64,000 bases of DNA, taken from Candidatus Hecatella orcuttiae. GTDB taxonomy: Archaea; Thermoproteota; Bathyarchaeia; Hecatellales; Hecatellaceae. The position numbers and the translations under genes are program-made. This document shows, one piece after another, positions 18,781 through 28,847 of the stretch. The stretch is from the NCBI GenBank assembly GCA_002011035.2, contig MTLY02000001.1, positions 320,001-384,000 on the forward strand, given 5' to 3'. Numbering within the stretch: position 1 is the stretch's first letter; each line of letters begins with the position of its first letter. Under the pieces are notes generated by a model. That model did no database searches. It had not been told where the DNA came from and was given only the letters and a program-made list of their open reading frames with translations.

Positions 18781-20370
18781 ATGGCAGGAGAAGAAATGAC
18801 TGTACAACAATTGGCTGAAATGCTACAGTATGCGCATGGTGTATGGGTGGAGTGGTTCTACTGGGTTACGGTCATCGTCATGTTCTTCATCCACATCGGC
18901 TTCGGCATGTACGAGGTAGGTGTTGCTAGGAGAAAGAACGTCGGCCACACGCTGATGAAGAACAACATGCTTTTCGCCCTCATCCTCTTCACCTTCTACC
19001 TCTTCGGGTGGTGGGTTTACGGCAGCTTCATGGGCCCCAACCCCATCAACGCCTTCATACCCAACTACGAGGGCAACCCCTATGTGGGAGGAGACTTCGG
19101 ACCTCTAAGCCCATTCATGACTGGCAATCTACAGGAGTTACCGCCGGGCTTCATGTTGGCTTTCTGGGCTGCCTTCCTCCTCTTCGCCCAAACCGAGGGC
19201 TCCATCATCTCCGGAGGCATGATCGAAAGATGCCGCATCAGCTCATGCGTCGTCCTCGCCGTGATTGTGGGTTCGTTCGTGTGGATATGGCTGGCCGCCC
19301 AAGGGTGGAGCAACGGCGGATGGATGCTGAAATGGTTTGGCATCCACGACGCCTACGCCAGCGGCATCATCCACACCATCGCCGGCTTCTTCCTCTTAGG
19401 CTGCCTCATCAACCTAGGCCCCAGAATAGGCAAATTCGACCCGCAGGGAAGACCGAGAGACATTCCCCTCCACAACCAGTGGATGACGGCTGTGGGGTTG
19501 TTCATCATTGTCACCGGTTTCTGGGGTTTCTACTTCGCCTGCAACGTCCCCCTGATAATAGCCTGGGACTTAACGCTGCCCTACTGGGGAACGGTCAACA
19601 TCTTCGGGAACCCCACCACGCTGTCGCTGGTCGGCACCAACTTCCTCATGTCTCTGGCAGGAGGGATGATGGGTGGATTCACCGTGGGCCGAGGCAATCC
19701 CTTCTGGACTTGGAGCGGAGTCTTAATGGGTATCATCGGCGCCTCGTCGGGGAACGACCTCTACCATCCCTTCCAAGCCTTCATCATAGGGTTCATCACG
19801 CCTTTCATCGGTTACAAGCTTCACTACTGGGTTGAGCGGAGGTTCAAGATCGACGACGCCGTGGGAGCCTGCGCGGTGCACGGATACTGCGGCTTCATAG
19901 GCCTAGGCATCTTCCCAGGCTTTCTGCTCTGGGGCTACCCGACCGGGGGGGCCTACTACTTTGGCTTTGACTACATCGCAGGGGTCACCACGCCTTGGGG
20001 TCAGTTTGCCTCCGCTCTCTGGGAGGCCGGATGGGCCTTTGCCATTGGCTTCGTCTGCAGCTGGGTTCTTAAAAAAGCAAAGCTTCTCAGAGTAGAACCT
20101 CTGGTAGAGTTGGTAGGCTTAGACATGTCTTCGCCGGCCTTTGGAGACATGTACCCATACTTCCCGCAGCTTCCAACCGATAAGCTTCCGGAAATCGACA
20201 GGGTGCAGTACACGGAGATCGCTAAATACCTCGGCAAGACACGTTCCAGTCGAGGACGGTTCGCAAGCAAGGACGCGGGTAGGAAGGACTACCTGCCGCC
20301 GGCATCGCCCAAGGAAATGCTGGAGGATGCCATAAGGCTTCAAAGAAAGCTGATGGGGGGAATTAAATGA
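18781..20370 (+). CDS. amt: Amt-family ammonium/methylamine transporter
   Basis: IISGGMIER, IHDAYASGIIH, GPRIGKF, IDDAVGACAVHG (twin His). Confidence 0.88.
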   Translation: MAGEEMTVQQLAEMLQYAHGVWVEWFYWVTVIVMFFIHIGFGMYEVGVARRKNVGHTLMKNNMLFALILFTFYLFGWWVYGSFMGPNPINAFIPNYEGNPYVGGDFGPLSPFMTGNLQELPPGFMLAFWAAFLLFAQTEGSIISGGMIERCRISSCVVLAVIVGSFVWIWLAAQGWSNGGWMLKWFGIHDAYASGIIHTIAGFFLLGCLINLGPRIGKFDPQGRPRDIPLHNQWMTAVGLFIIVTGFWGFYFACNVPLIIAWDLTLPYWGTVNIFGNPTTLSLVGTNFLMSLAGGMMGGFTVGRGNPFWTWSGVLMGIIGASSGNDLYHPFQAFIIGFITPFIGYKLHYWVERRFKIDDAVGACAVHGYCGFIGLGIFPGFLLWGYPTGGAYYFGFDYIAGVTTPWGQFASALWEAGWAFAIGFVCSWVLKKAKLLRVEPLVELVGLDMSSPAFGDMYPYFPQLPTDKLPEIDRVQYTEIAKYLGKTRSSRGRFASKDAGRKDYLPPASPKEMLEDAIRLQRKLMGGIK

Positions 20371-20675
20371 GCATCGTTTCAGCCCTTCTATTCGCTCAGC
20401 TGCTGGCCTTCGGTACGGGAGTCACCGACTGGGAGGGCGCCTACTGGGGCGGACCGATAGAGGTCATCAGTCCTCTGTGGGGGATAGGCACCGTCATCAG
20501 CGCCCTCGTCGCCGTGGCCATATGGGCCTTCTATCACATCCTTGACGCGGTTCGAGAGGACAGGACGGAGAAAGCCGCTGTGAGGGAGTGGCTGGAGAAA
20601 GGCCTCCCAGAACCCTATACCACCTACGTCCAAGAACTGACTGCCGCAGCGAAACCTGAAGAAGCCGAAAAATAA
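20367..20675 (+). CDS. Small membrane protein coupled to amt
   Basis: Short overlap with the amt stop; hydrophobic segments; same codon bias. Confidence 0.65.
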   Translation: MSIVSALLFAQLLAFGTGVTDWEGAYWGGPIEVISPLWGIGTVISALVAVAIWAFYHILDAVREDRTEKAAVREWLEKGLPEPYTTYVQELTAAAKPEEAEK

Positions 20676-20698
20676 GCCGACTGTAAACCCTAAAACTC

Positions 20699-20717
20699 TT
20701 TTTTTTTTAAAAAAAAA
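20699..20717 (+). terminator. T10-A9 tract, probable terminator after amt operon
   Basis: Oligo-T 23 nt after stop. Confidence 0.5.
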
Positions 20718-20795
20718 TCAGAAAATTCTACCGGTAAACCTTTTATATTCAAAAAAGGAGAGAATACCCTCGGAGAAAAAGAGGAGGGATAGATA

Positions 20796-21440
20796 ATGTC
20801 TTCTGAAGAAGCCTTGAAAAAGCTCTACGACGCCATCTTCGCCCAAGATGTGGAAGCCGCCTCCAAAGCCGCCAACGACTGTGTGGCCGCAGGCCTCGAC
20901 CCTCTGAAGGCCTTGGAAGCCGCCTCCAAAGCCATGACAGACCTAGGAAACCTCTTCGAGAGAGGCGAAGTCTTCCTCCCCCAAGTCGTCGTGGCAGCCG
21001 ACGCCATGAAAGCCGCTGCCCAAGTTCTTCTCTCCAAGCTGCCCACCAAACCGTCTAAAGCAGGCAGAGTCCTCATAGGCACGGTGGAGGGCGATGTCCA
21101 CGATGTCGGCAAGGGAATAGTCTCTGTTCTCCTCGACGCCGCCGGCTTCGAAGTCATCGACATAGGTCGGGATGTCCCCACCAAGGTCTTCGTCGAGAAA
21201 GTCAAAGAGCTCAAACCCAACATCGTAGGCTGCTCAGCCCTCATGACCGTCACCCGCGTAGGGCAGAAAGCCGTCATCGACGCCCTAGCGAAGGAAGGCA
21301 TAAGAGACCAGGTGAAGGTCATGGTAGGCGGAGGAGCTACCACAGGCGTTTGGGCTGAGGAAATAGGCGCCGACGCATGGGGTGAAGACGGACCGGACAG
21401 CGTGAGGAAAGCCAAAAAATTACTCGGCATAACCGAGTAG
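20796..21440 (+). CDS. mtbC: Dimethylamine corrinoid protein
   Basis: GDVHDVGK B12-binding motif, SALMT, MVGG; directly upstream of mtbB. Confidence 0.88.
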   Translation: MSSEEALKKLYDAIFAQDVEAASKAANDCVAAGLDPLKALEAASKAMTDLGNLFERGEVFLPQVVVAADAMKAAAQVLLSKLPTKPSKAGRVLIGTVEGDVHDVGKGIVSVLLDAAGFEVIDIGRDVPTKVFVEKVKELKPNIVGCSALMTVTRVGQKAVIDALAKEGIRDQVKVMVGGGATTGVWAEEIGADAWGEDGPDSVRKAKKLLGITE

Positions 21441-21457
21441 GAAGGTGAAAAAGAAAA

Positions 21458-22855
21458 ATGGACTACCTAACCAGAATGGGAGACGGCCGACCGGTAAGAA
21501 TGAGCAAAGAGCAGATAAAAGCCGACATCGAAGCCGGAACCAAGGACGCGGCGGAAAAAGCCCACGTCCCCGAGCTTTCAGGAGCCGAACAAGAGCATCT
21601 GCTGGAGATCATCACCGACCCCAACCGGCTGGTAGCCGTGGAGCCGGGGAGAGAAGTCGTCCTCACCCACGACGTAGGGCCTTTGAAGGTGATGGCCGAC
21701 CAGTCCAACAGCGGAGTGAGCATCCCATGCTCCCGGGAGCAAGCCATGTGCATCTACGAGAAAGCCTTCAGCGCCGACACCGCCGAGCTGGGGCACATCG
21801 ACTACAGCTTCAAACCCGTTAAACCCATCATCACCCAGGAGCAATCGGTCCTGCAGAACGTCCTGCACATGACCATCCTCCCCATCTTCTACGGAGCCAT
21901 GCCTAACCTAGGCCTATACTACGCCCCAGACGGACCCTTCCCCGAACCCATCGGGCTCATCAAGGACCGCAAGATAGGGGAAGCAAAAGAATCCATGGAA
22001 AACGCCGCCCACAGGTTTGTGGAAGACCTAGAATACATCACCGTGAGACTCTACGAGGTAGGCTTGGACGCCTTGAACATCGACACCACCGGCGCCGGAG
22101 GCGACGCAGACTTCTACGCCTCCCTTACCGCCACGGAAAAGATAAAGAAGGAATGCCCCTACCTCTGCGTGGAAATGGGCATGGCGGGAGAATTCATCCT
22201 AGGATTCCACACCGAGCTGAAATATCAAGGCGTCAAACTGGCGGGACTCTGGCCTCACCAGCAAGCCAGCCTCGCTGAAAAGGCAGGAGTGGACATCTTC
22301 GGCCCGGTGGTCAACACCAAGCCTTCTCTGTCCTTCCCCCTCAACATCGCCAGAGCAGTCACCTTGGTCAAGCACTGCGTCAAAGAATCCAAAATCCCCA
22401 TCCACGTCAACATGGGCATGGGCGTTGGGGGAATCCCCATGTACGAAACTCCGCCGGTGGACGCTGTGACCCGGGCCAGCAAGGCAATGGTTGAAATCGC
22501 CGAGGTAGACGGCTTATAGGTGGGAGTGGGCGATCCCTTTGGGATGCCCATAGCTCACTGCGCCGCCAGCGGCATGGGAGGCATCAGGACGGCGGGAGAC
22601 ATGGTGGCTAGGATGCAGATGCTGAGATATAGGTTGAAGGACGCGAAGGACTACGTGGCCAAGAAGCTGGAAACCGACACCATGGCTCTGCGGGACGAAT
22701 TTGAGATGAGAAGGCTGAGGGAGAGGCTCAACATCGGCACTATCACAGGCGTCCCAGGGGTCGCCAGGGGCCTCGAAGCCAAAGCCCGAATCGCCGAGAT
22801 CCTCGGCATCCGCATCAACGCTGTCGAACGCCTTAAGGAACTGGTGAAACTCTAA
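21458..22855 (+). CDS. mtbB: Dimethylamine methyltransferase with pyrrolysine (in-frame TAG 22517-22519, codon 354), 465 aa
   Basis: YLTRMGDG start; VDGL-TAG-VGVGDP continues in frame to [16 protein letters not shown]. Confidence 0.95.
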
Positions 22856-22863
22856 AGAGCCAA

Positions 22864-22936
22864 GCCCAGAGCCACCGCCCACCGACCCACGCGTGAAGCG
22901 AGGGGGATGAGGGAACGGCTAAGCCTCTGGGCCACA
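22864..22936 (+). ncRNA. Box H/ACA-type guide in mtbB 3' region; pocket matches mtbB amber codon
   Basis: GCCCAGAG/CUCUGGGC stem, C-ACA, K-turn CC-GA-CCC / GGG-GAU-GA-GG, pocket CCACC + UAAGC. Confidence 0.85.
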
Positions 22937-23198
22937 AACCCCATCTTCCTTTTTTTGAGCCGGAAGTATTGTGAAGGCTGATCTTAGAAAAAGTTAAATT
23001 CAGTGCACCGCTAGCCTTTTTAGAGGTAAAAATTGAAAAAGGACGGCAGCCGCCGAGCCTGCGTATTTCAGGTGGAAGCCAAGGAAACGGCACCTGATGT
23101 AACGGTGTCTCATCTGGGAGGCAGCCTTGGAAAAACCATGCCAAATATGTTATATTTGACATAGCCTTTTTTGGGGAAGCCTTCTTTTAGGTGATTTA

Positions 23199-23429
23199 AT
23201 GGAGGAAGCTCACGAAGTATTGGACGTTCGAAAAAAAGCCTGCCCCATGCCCGTTTTGTTGACGAAGAGAAAACTTGCGGAGTTGGAGGTGGGGAAAATT
23301 CTCAAGGTCATCGGAGACTATCCGTCGGCTAAAGAAAATATTCAAAGATTCGTCCTCAGAGAGGGACATGAGATCCTAAACATCAAAGAGAACCGAGCTA
23401 AGTTTGAAATCGTCATAAAAAAAGCTTAA
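23199..23429 (+). CDS. TusA/SirA-family sulfur carrier
   Basis: LDVRKKACPMP motif, 76 aa. Confidence 0.85.
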   Translation: MEEAHEVLDVRKKACPMPVLLTKRKLAELEVGKILKVIGDYPSAKENIQRFVLREGHEILNIKENRAKFEIVIKKA

Positions 23430-23496
23430 ATCACATATTTCCCATATTCTATTTAGAGGCAGGCTAAACCCTTAGCCACCTTTTAGGAGGAATTTT

Positions 23497-23841
23497 TTGA
23501 AAAAAATTGAAGCCTACATTAGGGCTGAAAGATTGAAGGAAACTATACAGAAATTGAAGGAAATAGGCGCACCCGGGTTCACCTACTATGATGTGAGAGG
23601 CCATGGCAGAGAATACAAGTCTGGGTTCACCCCCACGCCCTTCACGCCGCCCATCGTAGAAGATATTCTTCCTAGGTCGAAGATTGAAGTCTTCTGCGAG
23701 GATGGAGATGTAGAAAAGATCGTCGACGCCATCCGAGGAGGATGCTGCACGGCAAAGCCAGGGGATGGCATGGTTTTCATAAGCACCATCGACGAAGCCC
23801 AACGCTTAAAAACCAAAGAAAAAGTGCAAAAACTCGAATAG
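23497..23841 (+). CDS. glnK: P-II family nitrogen regulator
   Basis: MKKIEAYIR, VRGHGRE, KIEV, PGDGMVF. Confidence 0.85.
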   Translation: MKKIEAYIRAERLKETIQKLKEIGAPGFTYYDVRGHGREYKSGFTPTPFTPPIVEDILPRSKIEVFCEDGDVEKIVDAIRGGCCTAKPGDGMVFISTIDEAQRLKTKEKVQKLE

Positions 23842-24026
23842 CCGAAAACTGAAACAAACACCTCCTCCTTTTTATGGAGAAGGCGCTGTTTTTGGTGGAA
23901 ATTTTGTGAGAGTAGAAACAGCCTCTCTCAAAATCTACGCTGGGAGAGGGGCAAAGTTTTAAAGAATATACCGGTAAACCATAGAATACACGGGGACGGA
24001 ATCATCTCAGCGTTGTTGATGCCAGA

Positions 24027-24242
24027 ATGGATGTTGAAATCGAGGAACACAGACATTGTAGCGTTTGCGGCAGCGTGGTGCGGGGAAAGGGAAGAGCTAG
24101 GTCTGGCGTGGTGCTTTGCGGGCCCAGATGCGCTAAGATGTACGAGGATGAGATGGCGAAAGCTCGAAGGCTGAAGGTGATGTGGTTTTTCCCCATCATA
24201 TTTTTCCTCATAATCTTCATAATACTAGTTTTGAGAGGCTGA
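24027..24242 (+). CDS. DUF2116-like Zn-ribbon membrane protein
   Basis: EEHRHCSVCG...CGPRC, C-terminal TM. Confidence 0.75.
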   Translation: MDVEIEEHRHCSVCGSVVRGKGRARSGVVLCGPRCAKMYEDEMAKARRLKVMWFFPIIFFLIIFIILVLRG

Positions 24243-24441
24243 AAAACCCATAGCATATGGCCACATGTGGCTCTTGTTTTCAGGCTGATCTTCCCCGACG
24301 CGAATAACCGCGTCCAGCCAGCTCCATCAAACCGAGGAATGGCTCGCCGAAGCTGTCTTCAAAGGCAACTACTCTTTGAAGACTTTTACAGATACCTGCC
24401 TTAAGGCATGAAACAAAAATTTTAGACTTCAATTTGGGTTG

Positions 24442-24466
24442 TTTTTTTTAAAAAAAAAAAAAAAAA
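24442..24466 (-). terminator. T8/A17 tract, probable bidirectional terminator
   Basis: U17 on minus strand just after permease stop. Confidence 0.5.
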
Positions 24467-24481
24467 GTTGTGGGAGGGTTT

Positions 24482-25903
24482 TCACTCGACCACACGTAGT
24501 CTTTTCACTTCTTGCGGGTATATCAGATGCATGAGGAGCCAGTACAAGGCGATGGCATAGCCGAACACTAGGAGAAGCCCTGAAACCCATGGGAAGCCGA
24601 CGCCGAAGTAGCCTACGTAGCCTGTCAGAGGGTTGTAGACTCCCAGGTAGATTATGACACTGGAGAGATAGGTGATCCAAGCTGCCAGGTTGAAGCCTTT
24701 GTGGTATCGGAATATCTTCCCCATCATGTACATGTCTCTTATCTCGTCCACCGTCCAGTAGCCTTTCTTCTTCCTGAAGGCGAAGAAGTCGGTGAAGATT
24801 ATAGCCCCGTACACCGTCCACAGACAGCCGATGAGCGTCAGGAAGACAGCGTAGTTGTTGAACACCACTTCCTGAAACAGCACTACGGCCGGTACTGCCG
24901 CTATCGTGACGCTGGCATGCACCCACCTTATCCTAGGTATGGCCACCTTGATGGGTATAGCCGCCGTGTAGATAAGCAGCACAATCGACCCTATGTTGGC
25001 AATGGCGAAGAGGAAGAGCCCTATACCGCCGAAAGTTGCTCCACCGATAGCCATGAACCAGTCGGTTGGATCGAAGGTTCCAACGATCAAAGCCGTGAGA
25101 ATGGAGAAGACCACAGCAATGCACAGGACAGGCCCCCAGCCCCACCATGGACCGTGAAGGGCCGCTGACTCGGTCTTTGCCAGACGGGACCATTGCCCCC
25201 AATAGTAGCACCAAGCAAAACCTAAGCCTAGGTTCCACTCAAAGGCATTCATCCAAGATAGATGACGAGTCTCGTATGCTGCTACCGGTTGACGGGCGAA
25301 AACAGCGCCAATTCCTTCCACGGCGAAGATGTAGTAGATCAGGCCGCCTAGCACTATCAGCATCAATGGGGACGTAACCCTCGTAAACCACTTGCATGCA
25401 ATGGGACCCTTCCAAGCTACGTAGGAGGCAATGGCCGTTGCTATAACTGCCCAGAGGGTGGCGCCCGGCCATACGGTTGCGAGAACGGAGGGCACCTGAG
25501 GCCAGATCAGCGGGGTTAATTTTATCGCAGACATGCCGAAGAGAAACGCTGAATACGCTATCCACCCGTAGTTGATAGGTATCCATATGGCCAGCTGAAG
25601 GTTGCCTCCTCTGTTTCCAAAGGCAGCTCTCGTCAATAGGAACTGGTCGGCTCCATATCTGCCAAATATCACAGCATAAAAGGCGGATGCGAAGAGGCCT
25701 AATCCCTCACCGGCTATGGCGGCTGTTATGGCTTCAGTGGCAGGCAGTACTATTCCAGTCAAGCCGCCTACTAGGAAAGCCCAAGAGGCTATACCGTAGG
25801 CCATCTGCAGCCAGACATAGTCCACGAAACCGTAGACCCGGTCTTCCGCCAGCACCGGCAAAGCGCCGAACAGTACTTCCTTTTCAATCGCTTCTTTGGC
25901 CAT
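24482..25903 (-). CDS. NCS1 (cytosine/purine permease-like) transporter
   Basis: About 12 TM, RAAFGNRG, WSRLAK, GFNLAAW. Confidence 0.85.
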   Translation of the reverse strand: MAKEAIEKEVLFGALPVLAEDRVYGFVDYVWLQMAYGIASWAFLVGGLTGIVLPATEAITAAIAGEGLGLFASAFYAVIFGRYGADQFLLTRAAFGNRGGNLQLAIWIPINYGWIAYSAFLFGMSAIKLTPLIWPQVPSVLATVWPGATLWAVIATAIASYVAWKGPIACKWFTRVTSPLMLIVLGGLIYYIFAVEGIGAVFARQPVAAYETRHLSWMNAFEWNLGLGFAWCYYWGQWSRLAKTESAALHGPWWGWGPVLCIAVVFSILTALIVGTFDPTDWFMAIGGATFGGIGLFLFAIANIGSIVLLIYTAAIPIKVAIPRIRWVHASVTIAAVPAVVLFQEVVFNNYAVFLTLIGCLWTVYGAIIFTDFFAFRKKKGYWTVDEIRDMYMMGKIFRYHKGFNLAAWITYLSSVIIYLGVYNPLTGYVGYFGVGFPWVSGLLLVFGYAIALYWLLMHLIYPQEVKRLRVVE

Positions 25904-25906
25904 TTT

Positions 25907-26218
25907 TTATCGCCCCTTCCTCACCCGGTCAATTCCTATGAGTACCACTAGGATCAGTAGAGACCCGTAGAAGGACATGTGCGCCCAGAGGGGTATAGGG
26001 TTCACATAACCCAGCACTGCGAAAACAATAGCCCACAGCATGGCGAACGCCAAGGCCGCATAAGACCACATGGGGCATTTGGTAACCAAGGAGCCTTCGG
26101 TTCGAAGTTTTTCATCTAGGATCTTCAGTCTCCTCTCAAGCTCAGCGTGGAAGGCAGGGTAGAATGTTTCCGCGTCCATTCCAAACCAGAAACCTGCTCC
26201 TTTTTTCTTCTCACTCAC
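25907..26218 (-). CDS. Small 2-TM membrane protein upstream of permease
   Basis: 3 nt from permease start, two hydrophobic segments. Confidence 0.65.
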   Translation of the reverse strand: MSEKKKGAGFWFGMDAETFYPAFHAELERRLKILDEKLRTEGSLVTKCPMWSYAALAFAMLWAIVFAVLGYVNPIPLWAHMSFYGSLLILVVLIGIDRVRKGR

Positions 26219-26377
26219 AGTTCTTCACCGGTTTATCTTTTGGAGAATTTTCAGCTACATTCAAGTTAGTATTAACTATTCTTTTAGTATTTAAATTTTT
26301 GCGGCGATCAGCTTATAAAAAACAATTAATAATTTATTTAACAAAAAATAGATTTTTCGTAAGCCTGTTAAAATCAT

Positions 26378-26596
26378 TTAACCGAAAAGAAGCGCCAAAA
26401 TTGCCAGAGGAACGAGCACGATGAACGTGGAGAGGTACCAGAGAAGTTTTATTCTCTTAACTTTTTTAACCCGCTTATCATATGTTTTTGAACACTGCTC
26501 ACTGCATACGTAGGCTTTCCCAGGTTTGCCCTTGTCCTTGTGAGATATGACTGCTCCGCAAACCGCGCAGTGCTTGTGCTCCTCAAGGCCTTCCAC
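26378..26596 (-). CDS. DUF2116-like Zn-ribbon membrane protein (paralog of 24027)
   Basis: C-terminal part of ORF 26378..27139: EEHKHCAVCG...CSEQC plus TM; start reassigned to GTG 26596. Confidence 0.7.
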   Translation of the reverse strand: MEGLEEHKHCAVCGAVISHKDKGKPGKAYVCSEQCSKTYDKRVKKVKRIKLLWYLSTFIVLVPLAILALLFG

Positions 26597-26734
26597 GCTC
26601 AAAACTCCCACCATGAGAGGGGTTATCGAAAAGAAACTAGGGCTCAACCATGTTATTAAATTATTTGAAGACGGTTGTCTGACCTTTAACCAAAGCTTAT
26701 TTTTCAGGAGATGGTTATTTTTGAAAGATAAACA

Positions 26735-27322
26735 GTGCTCAAAATACTTGAAACCTCTCCGGGCGAGAAAAGGGAATCCTTCAAAAATCTCATAATCAAA
26801 CTTTTGAAGAAAACAGGGATAACCATCCACCAAGAAAAAATCCAAACCAAACCCCCTATAATCGATATGACCGGGCGGAAGTTCATAGGCGGAGATAAAA
26901 CCGTTGTGAGAATCGACTTCAGCAGGGAAGCCGTCTCCAAGCAGCTTAAAAATTTTTCCTCCTACATCAAATCCATGAAACTCAACCAGGGCGTATACAT
27001 TCCTTTTTATAAAAAAATCTGCAAGCCGAGTTTTCTGGTTCCCCCTAACGTCTACATGATCGACGGCGAAAGGCTGAGGCAGCTTATGGACAGGTTTCTG
27101 ATAAAAATCTCCTCCCGCGAAGCTGAACGCATGGTTCAAAACCTAAGTCGTGGAAAACAGCCTACTAGAAAACCGAAACTGGTATGCTGCAGAGGGCAGC
27201 TTAACTGGCTGGTCATGGCTGTGAAAAACAGGAGAAATAAGCGAATGTACTTAGTGGACGTGGAAACTGGAAACATCACTGTTAAGCCAGCCTCACCTAA
27301 AAAAAGAGATAGACTTGTATAA
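26735..27322 (+). CDS. Hypothetical basic protein, possibly degenerate Mrr-like nuclease fold
   Basis: IIDMTG, VYMIDGERLRQL, C-terminal YLVDVETG. Confidence 0.55.
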   Translation: MLKILETSPGEKRESFKNLIIKLLKKTGITIHQEKIQTKPPIIDMTGRKFIGGDKTVVRIDFSREAVSKQLKNFSSYIKSMKLNQGVYIPFYKKICKPSFLVPPNVYMIDGERLRQLMDRFLIKISSREAERMVQNLSRGKQPTRKPKLVCCRGQLNWLVMAVKNRRNKRMYLVDVETGNITVKPASPKKRDRLV

Positions 27323-27342
27323 AAAAATAGAGGGGAAATTTA

Positions 27343-27359
27343 GGCTGATTTAATCAGCC
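27343..27359. terminator. Inverted repeat between convergent genes
   Basis: GGCTGATT-T-AATCAGCC. Confidence 0.35.
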
Positions 27360-27362
27360 AAG

Positions 27363-28847
27363 CTACCCGCGCGCAGCCCTGTCCGCTTCTTTGACGATAG
27401 CCTCCATGGAGGCCAACAGGTCTTTGTCGATGGGTGGAACCTGGTGAGTCTTCAAGATTTCCTTCGACTTTTGGTAGGCCAAGTAGGCTAGGTCCTTCTT
27501 GTCTGTTTTTTTCTCCCAAGTTCCTCGCATGTCCCTGTTCAGCAGCGTGGGGAAGGATTCCTCCGCGTCCATCCATTGGAGGGTGTGCTTCTTGGAGAGG
27601 AAGTTCCCCCCAACCCCCACCTCTTTTATGAGGTCTGTCGCCAAGGTGTCATCGTTCACAGAGATGCCCTTGGTAGCCCTCCGGCACATGGCTATGATAT
27701 CGTGGTCGATGATCAGCTGCTCCAAGCTGAACGTTTGACCCAGCTCCAGCATCCCAGCGCCGTAGATGGCATTGGCCCCCGCCAGCATGGGCAGGAGGGT
27801 GGTTATGGTCTTCTCGTGGGCAGCCTGCGCGTCGGGGAGCTTGGCATCAGCCTAGGTGCCTGCCACATAGCTGGGCAGCCCATAATACTGCGCAAGTTGC
27901 GAAACAGCGGCGCTTATCAGCCCCAGCTCCGGCGCTCCCACGGGTGCTGTGGCCGTCCTGAGGTCGAACATGGTGGTGGAGCTGCCGTAGATGACAGGTG
28001 CACCGGGCTCTGTCAGCTGGGCGAGGACGATGCCTGAGAGCACTTCTGCGTTATGGGTCACCAAAGTGCCGGCCAACGTCACGGGGCCTGTAGCTCCAGA
28101 CATGGCCATGCTTAGCACGTTCACCGGGATGTCGTAGCGGGCTCCTTGGATGATGACTCCGCAGGCGTTGGCGTGCAGCTGGAGGGGACTGGTGGGACAC
28201 AGCAACACGGATATGATGGGCCTCTTCCTGAAGGCTTCTTCGTCGCCTCCATAGTAGGCGACACCCATCTTGAAGTAGTACTCCATGTGCTCAGCCACCG
28301 GGTCGACGTGGTGGAAGTGTTTTCTCGTCCCCACCCAGGAAGTGAAGGTTTCGTGGACGTCCGAAGCCAAGCCTTCCATCAGAAGCTCTCTGGCTGCACA
28401 GGGCAGGGAGAAGAAGTCGATGGTGGAGCACCAATCTGCAAGGACAGCGGCTTCATAGACGTCTTGATTGTTCGACTCTCGAATGGAATTGGTTTCATAT
28501 TCGTAGGTGTACAGCCCCGTGCCGAAGGTAGTGTTACCCACTTTTCTTCCAGCCTCTAGAAGCACGTCGCTTCCCTTTTCACGGCCGGCTAAAAGGACTC
28601 GGCCGGGACACTTGTGGAGGGCGTCCTTAACGATGTGCTCAGGAATCCTCACCATGCGTTTCACCGGGTCAACGTCACATCCTCCCTTTTTGAAGATTTC
28701 CAAAGCCTCTTCATGGTAGACTCCAACTCCGCTGGTCTTCAATACGTCCATCGTCTCCGAGTTGATGCGGTCTAGGGCGTCTCTGGAAAGTAGCTCCAAC
28801 CTAGCTCCTTGAACCATGTCAAGTCCGGCGAAGAGTTTCACTGGCAT
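27363..28847 (-). CDS. mttB: Trimethylamine methyltransferase with pyrrolysine (in-frame TAG 27854-27852), ~494 aa
   Basis: YGLPSYVAGT-TAG-ADAKLPDAQAAHEKT...GANAIYGAGMLE; ATG 28847 after GGAGGTGA; final stop is also TAG. Confidence 0.95.

Noticed and set aside
19008-19835. Many overlapping alternate-frame ORFs in the track (e.g. 19008..19835, 20825..21430, 37470..38033, 43066..43641)
   Set aside because: Shadows of well-supported genes with no recognisable motifs
21438-21470. mtbC-mtbB fusion via the mtbC TAG
   Set aside because: Not in frame; readthrough ends at TAA after about 10 codons
26597-27139. N-terminal part of the 253-aa minus ORF
   Set aside because: Antisense shadow of 26735..27322; only the C-terminal DUF2116-like part looks real
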